DNA of 64,000 nt. Source: Deltaproteobacteria bacterium (GTDB lineage Bacteria; Desulfobacterota; Desulfomonilia; UBA1062). The position numbers and the translations under genes are program-made. This document shows, one piece after another, positions 46,191 through 61,168 of this stretch (positions are counted from its first letter, which is position 1; each line of letters opens with the position of its first letter). The stretch spans positions 537 to 64,536 of the forward strand of contig DAOPXM010000019.1 in assembly GCA_035352355.1 (NCBI GenBank), written 5' to 3'. The notes beneath the pieces are model-generated. The model saw nothing but the letters and a program-made list of their open reading frames with translations. It made no database searches and was not told the DNA's origin.

Positions 46191-48535
<2,345 letters not shown>

Positions 48536-48543
48536 GTCGACCC

Positions 48544-51980
<3,437 letters not shown>

Positions 51981-51984
<4 letters not shown>

Positions 51985-52925
51985 AGAAGAACAAGGACCG
52001 ATTCGACGAGATCGATCACGCGCTCAAGGAGCTCCAGGACAGCATCTCCAGGCTCGAAGGCGTGGAGCAGGACGACCTGGCGGACCTGGCCCGGAAGGTC
52101 GAGCTCTTCAGGGGTGAGATCTACGCGGGCATCTCCCGGTGGAGCTCGCTGGAGCTGGCGCGCCACGCGGACCGTCCGGTTTTTGACGATTACCTGAGCG
52201 GGATCTTCACCGATTTCACCGAGCTCCACGGCGACCGGCTCTCTGGGGACGACCCGGCTATCAAGGGCGGGCTCGCCTTCCTGGGGGACGTCCCGGTGGT
52301 GGTGATCGGCCACAGGAAGCACTCGAGCTCCCAGAAGGACTACGCCAAGTGCCACTACGGCATGGCGAGCCCGTCAGGGCACCACAAGGCCGTGCGGCTC
52401 ATGAGGCTTGCCGAGAAGTTCGGCAGGCCGCTGGTCACCTTCGTGGACACGCCGGGGGCGTACCCCCTCCCCGAAACCGAGTACAAGGGCCAGGCCTTCT
52501 CCATCGCCCGGTGCATCTCCACCCTGGCATCCCTGCGCACCCCGGTGATCGCCGCCGTCATCGGGGAGGCGGGCTCCGGAGGGGCGCTCGCCCTGGGCTT
52601 CGGGGACCGGATCATCATGCTTGAGAACGCCTTCTACAGCGCCATCAGCCCGGAAGGGTTCTCCTCCATCGTCTACGGCGACGACTCGAACAAGGAGGCG
52701 GCCGCTGACACCCTGAAGGGAACGGGCAGGGACCTCTTCGACGGCGGCATCGTGGACTACCTGGTGAGAGAGCCCACGGGCGGTGCCCACAACGATCCTG
52801 CGTCCGTCATCGCCGAGACGGGCCGTGTGATCGGCCAGTACCTGTCGGAGCTTGTGGCCCTCGATGTGGACGAGCTCATGGCCAGGCGGGGGGCGCTCAT
52901 CGACAGGCTCGTGCCGGGCAGGTAA
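51981..52925 (+). CDS. accA: Acetyl-CoA carboxylase carboxyltransferase alpha subunit
   Basis: 314 aa. FVDTPGAYP, IGEAGSGGALA. Its ATG overlaps the dnaE stop (ATGA). Confidence 0.95.
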
Positions 52926-53005
52926 GGGAGGTTTTTTCCATGACCGGGGAAGATATTTCCCGTGCTCATGTCATTCCCGCCCGGTGCCGATGCATGCGTG
53001 AGGGG

Positions 53006-53021
53006 TGGCATCATCCTTGCT
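53006..53021 (+). promoter_or_regulatory. Candidate sigma54 promoter for the unknown-protein/pilD pair
   Basis: TGGCAT-CATCC-TTGCT, with the same -24 and -12 hexamers as the flgF promoter at 2232. 22 nt upstream of ATG 53044, directly before the AGGAGG RBS. Confidence 0.55.
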
Positions 53022-53043
53022 TGCTCTACGGCAGGAGGATTTC

Positions 53044-53478
53044 ATGAAGATAGATCCGAACATGATTATCGGCGCGGTAACGGGAAAGGCGCCCGCCGCC
53101 GCGAAGGGTCCGGCCGCCGGCTCGAACCTGTTCGAGGACATCCTGAACGGCGTGCAGAAGACCGGGACCGTCCAGGCCCAGGGTGTCAGCCCCCTGCTCT
53201 CCGTGAACCAGGTCAGCCCCCAGGCGATGCGGTGCATGAGCGTAACCGACCAGGCCATGGGCATGCTCGATGCGTATTCGAAGAGCCTGCTCGACCCGAA
53301 GGTGAGCCTCAGAGACCTCGCCCCCATGGTGGAGGAGCTCGGGGCTCTGCGCACCGAGGTCCTCGAAGCGGGCTCCTTCCTCTCTGACAGCGATCCGCTC
53401 AAGGGGATCATGGACGAGGTGGCGTCCACCATCAACGCCGAGGTGGTGCGCTTCAGGAGGGGGGACCTCACCGGGTGA
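53044..53478 (+). CDS. Hypothetical 144-aa soluble protein, translationally coupled to pilD
   Basis: MKIDPNMIIGAVTGKAPAAAKGP...LDAYSKSLLD...VEELGALRTEVLEAG. AGGAGG RBS. Its stop overlaps the pilD GTG (GTGA). No family recognised. Confidence 0.55.
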   Translation: MKIDPNMIIGAVTGKAPAAAKGPAAGSNLFEDILNGVQKTGTVQAQGVSPLLSVNQVSPQAMRCMSVTDQAMGMLDAYSKSLLDPKVSLRDLAPMVEELGALRTEVLEAGSFLSDSDPLKGIMDEVASTINAEVVRFRRGDLTG

Positions 53479-54242
53479 CCGCCTACGCGCCCCTCCTGGC
53501 AGCGGTCCTGGGGCTCTTCATCGGGAGCTTCCTGAACGTCTGCATCCACCGGATCCCGAGGGATGAGTCCATCGTGTTCCCCTCGTCGAAGTGCCCCAAG
53601 TGCGGCACGAAGATCAAGCCCTGGGACAACATACCGGTCCTGAGCTACCTCCTCCTCCTGGGCAGATGCAGGGGATGCGGGGAGAAGATCTCGGTGAGGT
53701 ACCCGGTGGTGGAGCTCCTGAGCGGGCTCCTGGCCGTGACCATGCTCTACCGCTTCGGGCTCACCCCGGCCGCGCTCATCTACTACCTCTGGTCGTGCCT
53801 GCTCCTGGTCATCACCTTCATCGACATCGACCACCAGATCATCCCGGACAGCCTGTCCATCGGCGGCGCCGTCGTCGGCCTCGCGCTCGTGTGGTGGCTC
53901 CCCGTCACGTACGTCGATGCCCTCATCGGCCTGGCAGTGGGCGGAGGCCTCCTCATCGCCGTTATCTACGGGTACTACTTCCTCACAGGCAAGCAGGGCA
54001 TGGGAGGAGGCGACGTGAAGCTCCTCGCCATGATCGGGGTCTTCACGGGCTGGCAGGGTGTGCTCTTCACCATCTTCATGGGCTCCCTGGCAGGCACCCT
54101 CGTGGGCATACCCTGGGCCCTGCTCCAGCGGAAGAACATGCAGGCCGCCATCCCCTTCGGCCCCTTCCTGGCCTTGGGCGCCTTCCTCTACGTGCTCTGG
54201 GGCGAGTTCATCGTGGGCTGGTACTTCGGCATCCTGTCCTGA
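53475..54242 (+). CDS. pilD: Prepilin peptidase / N-methyltransferase (A24 family)
   Basis: CPKCG...CRGCG zinc-finger region. Catalytic Asp motifs FIDIDHQIIPD and GGGDVKLLA. 255 aa, polytopic. Confidence 0.9.
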   Translation: MTAYAPLLAAVLGLFIGSFLNVCIHRIPRDESIVFPSSKCPKCGTKIKPWDNIPVLSYLLLLGRCRGCGEKISVRYPVVELLSGLLAVTMLYRFGLTPAALIYYLWSCLLLVITFIDIDHQIIPDSLSIGGAVVGLALVWWLPVTYVDALIGLAVGGGLLIAVIYGYYFLTGKQGMGGGDVKLLAMIGVFTGWQGVLFTIFMGSLAGTLVGIPWALLQRKNMQAAIPFGPFLALGAFLYVLWGEFIVGWYFGILS

Positions 54243-54613
54243 TTTTATTCCGGTCAGGCTTTCCCTGACCCTTGTTCCCCCGGTCTCTCGCCCATCGTCG
54301 GGCACGGGCTGCTCGCGCTCGTTACCTTCGTGCTGACGGCCACCACCATGGCCCTGGTGGGGTACACGCTGCTTTGAAGCGGTACGGCGATCCGCCTCCC
54401 TGTGATGTGCCCGGTCTTGTGAAAAAGGGTTGCGCTCCGGCCCGGCATTTTGTTATCATTTTTCTGTTTCCGATTCCCAGCATACCATGAAATCCTGCAC
54501 CATCAGGAAAGATCAGAAACGGGCCGCTGAGAGGCTTTGCTGCGGCCGCAAGTAACCGATTGAAATGCATATGTCCATGCCCGTTCAGGCGTAGGGCTGT
54601 GGGGAGGGTTGAA

Positions 54614-54658
54614 ATGAAATGCAATGAGTTCGCAAAGAACATGAACCGTGAAGTATGA
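54614..54658 (+). promoter_or_regulatory. 14-codon upstream ORF (MKCNEFAKNMNREV) whose stop overlaps the ATG of the LtaS-like gene
   Basis: GGGGAGGG SD lies 5 nt before ATG 54614. TGA 54656-58 overlaps main ATG 54655-57 (gtATGAac). The main ORF has no obvious SD of its own. Confidence 0.35.
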
Positions 54659-56607
54659 ACCTTCTCGCCCGGGTCTCAGCATCGATCAGGCAGAGGGCGC
54701 TCAGGTCTTCCGGGGTAGTCGTCGTTGCGGCATACTATGCCCTGCTGCTCCTGCCCTTCGCGTACTCTAGGCACAGCTGGGCCGTTACCCACCTCGACCG
54801 GCCGTGGGGCATCGTGCCGCTCCTCCATGCGGAGCTGGGGCTCCCGGTGCTGCTCGCCGCCTTCCTGGTGGTCTTCGTTCCTTCCCTGGCCGTGAGCGTT
54901 TCTCTCCTGACCACCTACTACTACCTGTCCCTGGTGAACTTCCTTGTGTGGAGCTCCGTATCGAGGCCGTTCCACCCTGTCGACATCACAAGGATCATCG
55001 ACCTCATGACGTTCTTTCCCGCGTTCGCCTCGCTCAGCACGACCATGCTGGCAGGGGTCGTCGTGTTCGTCGTTCTCCCCGTACCTGTTGCCCTGCTGGT
55101 CCTGCACCTCTGGCAGAAGACGGTACACAGGCTCAAGACAGTGAGAAGGGGGGTGCTGTACGGCTCCGCTTCCTTCCTCGCGATCTATCTGGCCATCTTC
55201 CCCCTCGTGGTGTCTGCGTCTTATTTCCGGGAGAATTCCCTGGTCAGGATGTTCCACGAGATGGCGTTCGAGTACCGGCTCAAGAACGTGCCCGTGCATC
55301 GAGACGAGCTGAACGCACTCCTGGGTCAGCCTGGGAAGGGGGACAGACCCGGCGGGAAGCAGGACCGTCAGGGAGGCATGAACATCGTCATGTTCGTCAT
55401 GGAGACCGCGCCGTATCCCCATTACCGCCGCGAGATCGATCGCTTCGTTCACGAGCTGAACCACACCTACCCCGGGCACACGGTATCCCTCCGGGAGCAC
55501 TATACGACCTACCCCGAGTCCAACAGGGCTCTGCTGAGCATGCTGACCGGCGAGTACCCGGCCCTGGAGCGTGGATCGGGATGGTTTGCGGCCAATGATT
55601 TCTCGTACGCCCTCCCCAAGATCCTGAAGGGGCATGGATACAGGACCTACCTGCTGTCGACAGCCCCGCTCGATTATCAGGACGACCGCACGATGATGAG
55701 AAATCTCTGGTTCGATGTCATCCTCGAAAAGGGGTCGTCCGGGAGGTTCGGGACATCCGGTGGGGACGCAGGGCACCCCGGTCCTGCATCCCTGTACCAG
55801 GCCGATCAGGCCATGCTGCACGATGCCCTTCAGATCATGCGGTCGAACCGCAGGGACAGGTTCCTGCTGGTTCTGCTCCCCCAGGGCTCCCATTCGCCGT
55901 TCAACGCCCCTCCGGGTTATTCCGGGGACGGCTCCCAGGAGTCCCTGATCAAGGCGAATGCCCTCTGGCAGCTGAACCTGGTGAGAGAGATCATGAGGTG
56001 CGCTGCAGAGAGCGGCCAGGCTGCCCGCACGTGCTTCATCTTCACCGGCGACCACGGGCTGAGGCATCCCTCCGAGACGAGCCTTTTCGAAGACGATGAT
56101 GTGAACTGGCTGACTCCCCTGACCTTCCACGTGCCGTTCGTTCTCCTCTCTCCCCGTGCGCTCCCCGAGGTCAGGGCATCGTCCACCTCCCACATCGACA
56201 TCACCCCCACTATCCTCGAGCTGAACGGCCTGCCGTACGAGGCGGACAGGTATCACGGAAGGAGCATGTTCAGGCAGGTCCGGAGGCTGCTCTTTTTCCT
56301 GGGGGGCGAGTGCCTGCCCGTGTCCGGGTTCAAGAAGGACGGCACGTTCTTCATGGAGCACCGGATCCGCGGCCTTGTGCTGAAAAGCCCTTCCATGGAG
56401 TTCAGGGCAGCGGTCCGGCAAAGCGGCGTTCAGGCGCTGGCCTGCAGCGAGGTCGACCGTGCCAGGATTTCTTCGAGCCTGAATCTCATGAGAAGCTACC
56501 TGTTCCATCCCCGGACTTCCCCTCCGGGCATCCGGCAACAGGTGCCTGTGCCCTCACTGGGGATACCTCATGGCCTGGCGCATGAGGGTGAGGTACGCCG
56601 ACCATGA
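54655..56607 (+). CDS. LtaS/sulfatase-like membrane transferase (phosphoglycerol or phosphoethanolamine-transferase-like)
   Basis: About 220-aa polytopic N-terminus, then an alkaline-phosphatase-superfamily domain (NIVMFVMETAP..., FTGDHG). Confidence 0.7.
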   Translation: MNLLARVSASIRQRALRSSGVVVVAAYYALLLLPFAYSRHSWAVTHLDRPWGIVPLLHAELGLPVLLAAFLVVFVPSLAVSVSLLTTYYYLSLVNFLVWSSVSRPFHPVDITRIIDLMTFFPAFASLSTTMLAGVVVFVVLPVPVALLVLHLWQKTVHRLKTVRRGVLYGSASFLAIYLAIFPLVVSASYFRENSLVRMFHEMAFEYRLKNVPVHRDELNALLGQPGKGDRPGGKQDRQGGMNIVMFVMETAPYPHYRREIDRFVHELNHTYPGHTVSLREHYTTYPESNRALLSMLTGEYPALERGSGWFAANDFSYALPKILKGHGYRTYLLSTAPLDYQDDRTMMRNLWFDVILEKGSSGRFGTSGGDAGHPGPASLYQADQAMLHDALQIMRSNRRDRFLLVLLPQGSHSPFNAPPGYSGDGSQESLIKANALWQLNLVREIMRCAAESGQAARTCFIFTGDHGLRHPSETSLFEDDDVNWLTPLTFHVPFVLLSPRALPEVRASSTSHIDITPTILELNGLPYEADRYHGRSMFRQVRRLLFFLGGECLPVSGFKKDGTFFMEHRIRGLVLKSPSMEFRAAVRQSGVQALACSEVDRARISSSLNLMRSYLFHPRTSPPGIRQQVPVPSLGIPHGLAHEGEVRRP

Positions 56608-56856
56608 GGAGGTGATCAGTGCAGGTGAGGTCTGTCACGCGGCCGCCGAGGCAGGCACCGTCCTCACGGAGTTCGGCCTGAAGGATGGATCCCGGGAGCT
56701 GCCCCGGATCGATGAACAGAATGTCGCCCGCATGAAGAAGGATGGAGTCTTGCCTCTCCCCTGCAGGCCGATGCGCGTCACCTGAACCCTTGCCACCAGT
56801 CTCGTTCGCGTGTAAAGACAGGGTTGAACAGGTTCAAGTACGCATGAGGGTCTGCA

Positions 56857-57348
56857 ATGGCTGATGGCGAAACGCTGGGGAAACGATCCCTGAAGCCCCT
56901 GCTTCAGGCCGCCCTGATCCTGCTCATGGGGGCTGTTCTCGGGGGCGGCTTCAATGCGCTCCGCCCCAACGGGCTCCCGTGGGTTCGCACCTCCTCTCTC
57001 CCCACGGAGGAGGGGTCCGCGCCACCCATGGGCATGTACGAGGCCTGGGCCGCTTTTCAGAAGGGCACGGTCCTGTTCGTCGACGCGCGGTCCTCTTCGG
57101 AATATGCCGCAGGTCATCTCCCCGGCGCGGTGAACCTCCAGGTGGACCAGGGCCAGCAGGCAGTGGCCGGCTTCCGGCCTCCGGAGGGAAGGGACCTCGT
57201 GGTCTACTGCAGCGACCCGGCCTGCACCAAGAGTTCCGAGCTCGCGGCCCTGCTCTCCAGCCGCGGGATAAAGAGGCTCAGGATCATGCACGAAGGCTGG
57301 GCAGGGTGGTTCGAGGCGGGACTGCCCTTCGAGGAGAGCGGGCCATGA
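56857..57348 (+). CDS. Membrane-anchored rhodanese-domain sulfurtransferase-like protein
   Basis: TM helix; FVDARSSSEYAAGHLPGAVNL; active-site loop VVYCSDPACTKS. Confidence 0.8.
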   Translation: MADGETLGKRSLKPLLQAALILLMGAVLGGGFNALRPNGLPWVRTSSLPTEEGSAPPMGMYEAWAAFQKGTVLFVDARSSSEYAAGHLPGAVNLQVDQGQQAVAGFRPPEGRDLVVYCSDPACTKSSELAALLSSRGIKRLRIMHEGWAGWFEAGLPFEESGP

Positions 57349-57833
57349 CGCGTTCGTACGGCTTGAACCCCACCGGCGCGCTGGTCCTGGCCTCCCGGAT
57401 CGTTCTCGGCGTCATGTTCGTGTATGCAGGGATCACGAAGATCATGGACCCAGCCGGGTTTGCTCAGGCCATCGCCAACTACCGCATCCTCCCCGGGGGG
57501 CTGGTGAACCCCGCCGCTGTCGTCCTGCCCTGGGTGGAGGTCCTTGCAGGCTTGAGCCTGGTTCTCGGGCTGCTCCTTGAAGGCGGGGCGCTGGTCATTG
57601 CCGGGCTCCTGCTGGTGTTCACACTCGCACTGGGGTTCAACCTCATGCGGGGACTCGACATCTCGTGCGGGTGCTTCGGCCCTTCGGGGGGCAGCGTCAC
57701 GTGGTGGTACGTCCTGAGGGACGTCCTGCTCTTCGGCATGGCGTGTCTCGTGCTCGTCTACTCGCGCATAAGCCCCTTTGCCTTGGACGGGCGCCTGTTC
57801 CGGAACAGGCCCGGGGCGCGGGAAGGCGGCTGA
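57345..57833 (+). CDS. MauE/DoxX-family membrane protein
   Basis: 4 TM; SCGCFG motif. ATG overlaps the rhodanese stop (ATGA). Only the 3' part of track ORF 56979..57833. Confidence 0.75.
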   Translation: MTRSYGLNPTGALVLASRIVLGVMFVYAGITKIMDPAGFAQAIANYRILPGGLVNPAAVVLPWVEVLAGLSLVLGLLLEGGALVIAGLLLVFTLALGFNLMRGLDISCGCFGPSGGSVTWWYVLRDVLLFGMACLVLVYSRISPFALDGRLFRNRPGAREGG

Positions 57834-57858
57834 GCCGCTTTTTTCCTGCCCGGCCGGG

Positions 57859-59070
57859 CTAGAACCTGATGGCCGTCTTGATGGCCCGGTGCTCGCCCTT
57901 GTTCATGTTCACCTCTATGAGGTCCTTGTAGCTCTCGATGGGGAAGGTGTGGGTGAGCATGTCCTGCACCTGAACCCTCCCCCTGTCCATGAGGTCCAGC
58001 GCGATCTCGAAGGCGTGTTTGCGGCCGGTAGCCGTCTCGTTGTAGTTGTAGCCGTAGCAGCCCTTCACCGTCAGGAGCTTGAGCCACAGGGGCGTGGGGT
58101 CGAAGGCAACGGTCTTCGTGATGCCCACGAGGCTGACCGTCCCTCCCGCCGCCGTGACGATGAGCCCCTTCTGGAAGGTTCTGGCATTCCCCACGGTGTC
58201 GAACACTCGGTCGAACCCGCCCTGAGCGATGCGCTCTCCCATCATGGGCTTGTAGACGCGTGCGCCGGTGATCCTCTCCGCGGCTTCCAGCAGGTCCCCG
58301 CTCACCACGTGGTCAGCCCCGGCCTGCCTGACATAGTCTGCACTGAAGGGGGAAGGCTCCACCACGGTGATGCTGCAGCCCGTGCCGAAGCCCCGGATGG
58401 CCTTGACGATCATGGCCCCGATCACGCCGCCGCCGATGACGAGGACGTTGTCGCTCTCGCCGGGCATGTTGTCCAGCACCGCCTGGACGGCAACGGCCAG
58501 CGGCTCGGTGAGGACCGCCGACTCGTCGGCCACAGAGTCCGGCACCCGGTAGACCTGCGACTTGTGGGCCACCAGGTACTGGGCGAACCCGCCTCCCACA
58601 TCCCTGCAGATCCCGGCGAACATGCCGGGTGCGAGCCCGCCGTCGGCGTAGCTCTCGCAGCTCCCGGTGCGGCCGGCAGCGCAGGAGGGGCACTGGGGCG
58701 AGACCCCCCGGGGCTCGCAGGTCAGGCTGGGGTTGACGGCCACTCGGTCGCCCTTTGCCAGGCCCTTCACCGAGCCCCCGGCCTCCACCACCTCGCCCAC
58801 GGTCTCGTGGCCGAAGATGCAGGGAAAGGAGGTGAAGGGGCTCGCCATGGCCGAGCCCTTGACGAGGATGAGGCTCAGGTCGCTCCCGCAGAAGCCGCAG
58901 AGCCTGACCTTGATCTTCACCCAGTCCTGGCCGGGCAGCACCGGCTCCGGGACGTCCACGAGCCTCACCGTGGAGAGCGGGCCCTGGTAGTAGTATTTCC
59001 TGTTCAGCCTTCCCAGGACCTGCAGCCCCAGGAATCCCGGTACCGTTACGTTGTAGGTCAGGGCCTTCAT
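57859..59070 (-). CDS. Zinc-dependent alcohol dehydrogenase / MDR-family oxidoreductase
   Basis: GFCGSDL, CIFGHETVGEV zinc-site region, Rossmann VIGGGVIGAM; 403 aa. Confidence 0.85.
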   Translation of the reverse strand: MKALTYNVTVPGFLGLQVLGRLNRKYYYQGPLSTVRLVDVPEPVLPGQDWVKIKVRLCGFCGSDLSLILVKGSAMASPFTSFPCIFGHETVGEVVEAGGSVKGLAKGDRVAVNPSLTCEPRGVSPQCPSCAAGRTGSCESYADGGLAPGMFAGICRDVGGGFAQYLVAHKSQVYRVPDSVADESAVLTEPLAVAVQAVLDNMPGESDNVLVIGGGVIGAMIVKAIRGFGTGCSITVVEPSPFSADYVRQAGADHVVSGDLLEAAERITGARVYKPMMGERIAQGGFDRVFDTVGNARTFQKGLIVTAAGGTVSLVGITKTVAFDPTPLWLKLLTVKGCYGYNYNETATGRKHAFEIALDLMDRGRVQVQDMLTHTFPIESYKDLIEVNMNKGEHRAIKTAIRF

Positions 59071-59074
59071 GGCT

Positions 59075-60745
59075 TCACTCGATCTTGAGCGACTGATAGA
59101 AGAGCGGAGTGGCCGGGCTCGTCACCGTGGGGTCGGTCATGACGTTGATGCAGGCGGGCTTGCCCGATGCGAAGGCCCGCTTGAGCGCCGGGATGATCTC
59201 CTCATCCCTGGTCACGAGCTCGCCGTAGCCTCCCAGGCCCTCCACCATCTTCTCGTAGGGCCTGACACCCAGCTCGCAGCACTGCAGCCTGTCCGACCCG
59301 ATGGAGAGCTCCTGGCTGTGCTTGATCATGCCCCAGGCCTGGTCGTTGTTCACCACGCACACCACCGGGATGCCGAAGCGCACCATGGTGTCGAACTCCA
59401 TGGAGTTGAACCCGAAGGAGCCGTCGCCGTTCAGGAGCACGACCTTCTTGTCCGGCCTGGCCAGCTTGGCGGCCATGGCAAAGGGGATGCCCGTGCCCAG
59501 GCAGCCGAGCAGGCCCGCTGCCGTGGCCATGACCCCGGCCCTCTCCTTGGACATGAAGCCCGTGAGGCCAAAGTACTGGGTATCCCCTCCATCCACCACG
59601 TAGATTGCGTCGTCGCCCACGAACCTCTGGATCTGCGCCACCAGGCGGATGGGGTGGATGGGGTCCGACGGCTTTTCCCTGAGCTCGAGCTCGGAAGCGA
59701 GGAAGGCGTTGCTCGCCGTCCTGAGGTCCCTGACCCATGCGCTGTGGTCGCCCCGCTTGAGGAAGGGCAGCAGCCCGCTGAGCACCGACGAGGCATCGCC
59801 CACCAGGCCCACGTCCGCGGTCCGGTTGCGGTCGATTTCGTGCGGGTCGATGTCCGCGCGCACGACCTTTGTGCCCGGGGGGATGATGGCCCCGGACTGG
59901 AGGAGCCAGTTGAACCGGAAGCCCACTGCCACGATCACGTCCGCCTGGGTGATGCCCAGCTGGATTCCCACGTTGCCCACGTCCCACAGGGACAGGGGGT
60001 GGTTGTCCGGCAGTTCGCCCCTTCCGTAGTTCATGAGGATGAAGGGAATGCCCGTCCGGTCGATGAACTGGCTCAGGGCGATGCTGCAGCAGCTCAGGCC
60101 CACGCCGCTTCCGCCGAGGAACAGGGGCCGCTTCGCTTCGTTGATGATCTCGGCGGCCTGCCTCAGGTCCGAATCGCCCGGGTGGACCGTGTATTTGCGT
60201 GTCGGGCGCATGACCATGGGCACCTTGTCCCTGGAGATGCGCACATTGAGGATGTCCGGCGGCAGCTCGAGGAAGACCGGGCCGGGCCTGCCCTCCACCG
60301 CGTACCGGAAGGCCATGCTCAGGTATTCGGGGATGCGCCTGGTTTCATAGCAGGTGGCTGCCCACTTGGTGATGGGCTTGACCACGTCGATCTGGTTCAT
60401 TTCCTGGAGCGCACCCTTGAGGTCGTCCCTCAAGGGGTGCTTGCCGCAGAGCACCACCAGGGGGGCATTGTCGAGGTATGCGTTGGCGATGCCGGTGACG
60501 GCGTTCGTGAATCCCGGGCCCGCGGTGACGAGGCAGACGCCCGGCCGGCTCGTGTACACGGACCAGGCGTGCGCCATCATGGCCGCGGCCTGCTCGTGAC
60601 GGACGTCGATGGTGCGGATCCGGTACTCGGTGAAGCTGTCCAGGATCGACTCGATGTGGCCGCCTGATATGCAGAATACGGTATCTACCTTCTCGACCTC
60701 CTTCAGATATTTTCCAACGAGATGGCCTCCGAGAATCTGTGCCAT
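59075..60745 (-). CDS. Thiamine-diphosphate-dependent enzyme (acetolactate-synthase / oxalyl-CoA-decarboxylase / 2-hydroxyacyl-CoA-lyase-like)
   Basis: N-terminal Pyr domain (HEQAAAMMAHAW, GPGFTNAVTG). TPP motif LLNGDGSFGFNSMEFDT...VVNND. Start set at ATG 60745 behind GAGGGGG. Confidence 0.85.
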   Translation of the reverse strand: MAQILGGHLVGKYLKEVEKVDTVFCISGGHIESILDSFTEYRIRTIDVRHEQAAAMMAHAWSVYTSRPGVCLVTAGPGFTNAVTGIANAYLDNAPLVVLCGKHPLRDDLKGALQEMNQIDVVKPITKWAATCYETRRIPEYLSMAFRYAVEGRPGPVFLELPPDILNVRISRDKVPMVMRPTRKYTVHPGDSDLRQAAEIINEAKRPLFLGGSGVGLSCCSIALSQFIDRTGIPFILMNYGRGELPDNHPLSLWDVGNVGIQLGITQADVIVAVGFRFNWLLQSGAIIPPGTKVVRADIDPHEIDRNRTADVGLVGDASSVLSGLLPFLKRGDHSAWVRDLRTASNAFLASELELREKPSDPIHPIRLVAQIQRFVGDDAIYVVDGGDTQYFGLTGFMSKERAGVMATAAGLLGCLGTGIPFAMAAKLARPDKKVVLLNGDGSFGFNSMEFDTMVRFGIPVVCVVNNDQAWGMIKHSQELSIGSDRLQCCELGVRPYEKMVEGLGGYGELVTRDEEIIPALKRAFASGKPACINVMTDPTVTSPATPLFYQSLKIE

Positions 60746-60811
60746 GTGCATCCCCCTCATATGATTTGTATGCCGTCAGCATCCCGGTCGGGCAGAGCCC
60801 CCGGGTCCCAT

Positions 60812-61168
60812 CTACATGGTGAGCTTGACCGCATCGTTGAACCACTGGATGTAGTAGGCCATGCCTTCCACCTTGAGCTTGCCTGCCGCAGCCGCCCTGA
60901 ACGAGGCCTCGTCGCTCGCCTTGACCATGGTTCTGAATCCGGTGCCGGAATCGGACCATACGAGCGCTGCATCGCAGGCGTGGTTGTCGCCGCTCACCGA
61001 TGAGACGGTGCCCTCCTTGAAGACGAAGAGCCTCCCCCATTTCCCGTCAGCTGTCTTGATGAGTATGTTCAGCTTGATGGTTCCGATGTAGTTCATGAAC
61101 GCCCGGTTCGTTTTCGCAGCGAGCTTGAGTTTCAATGACAGGATAAAGAGAAGAAGCGACAGTCTCAT
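60812..61168 (-). CDS. SCP2 sterol/lipid-carrier-like domain protein
   Basis: 118 aa. ...FVFKEGTVSSVSG...ALVWSDSGTGFRTMV...AAAAGKLKVEGM, consistent with the SCP2 fold. GGAGG RBS before ATG 61168. Confidence 0.55.
   Translation of the reverse strand: MRLSLLLFILSLKLKLAAKTNRAFMNYIGTIKLNILIKTADGKWGRLFVFKEGTVSSVSGDNHACDAALVWSDSGTGFRTMVKASDEASFRAAAAGKLKVEGMAYYIQWFNDAVKLTM

Noticed and set aside
54243-54377. Open frame continuing in-frame after the pilD TGA stop, encoding a hydrophobic tail (…LSPIVGHGLLALVTFVLTATTMALVGYTLL*), which could suggest stop-codon readthrough
   Set aside because: PilD already ends at a length typical for the family. There is no independent start codon or SD, and no readthrough-promoting context I can recognise. 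Most simply explained by chance in GC-rich DNA.
54487-54555. 22-codon ORF MKSCTIRKDQKRAAERLCCGRK in the pilD/LtaS intergenic region
   Set aside because: No SD and no conservation evidence available. It is mentioned only alongside the better-supported 14-codon uORF.
56570-56785. 71-aa ORF (MAWRMRVRYADHEEVISAGEVCHAAAEAG…) in the 250-nt gap between the LtaS-like and rhodanese genes
   Set aside because: It overlaps the end of the LtaS-like gene, has no clear SD, and shows only a vague resemblance to small ferredoxin- or ThiS-like N-termini without the needed Cys or Gly-Gly features. Coding status unresolved, so it is not called.
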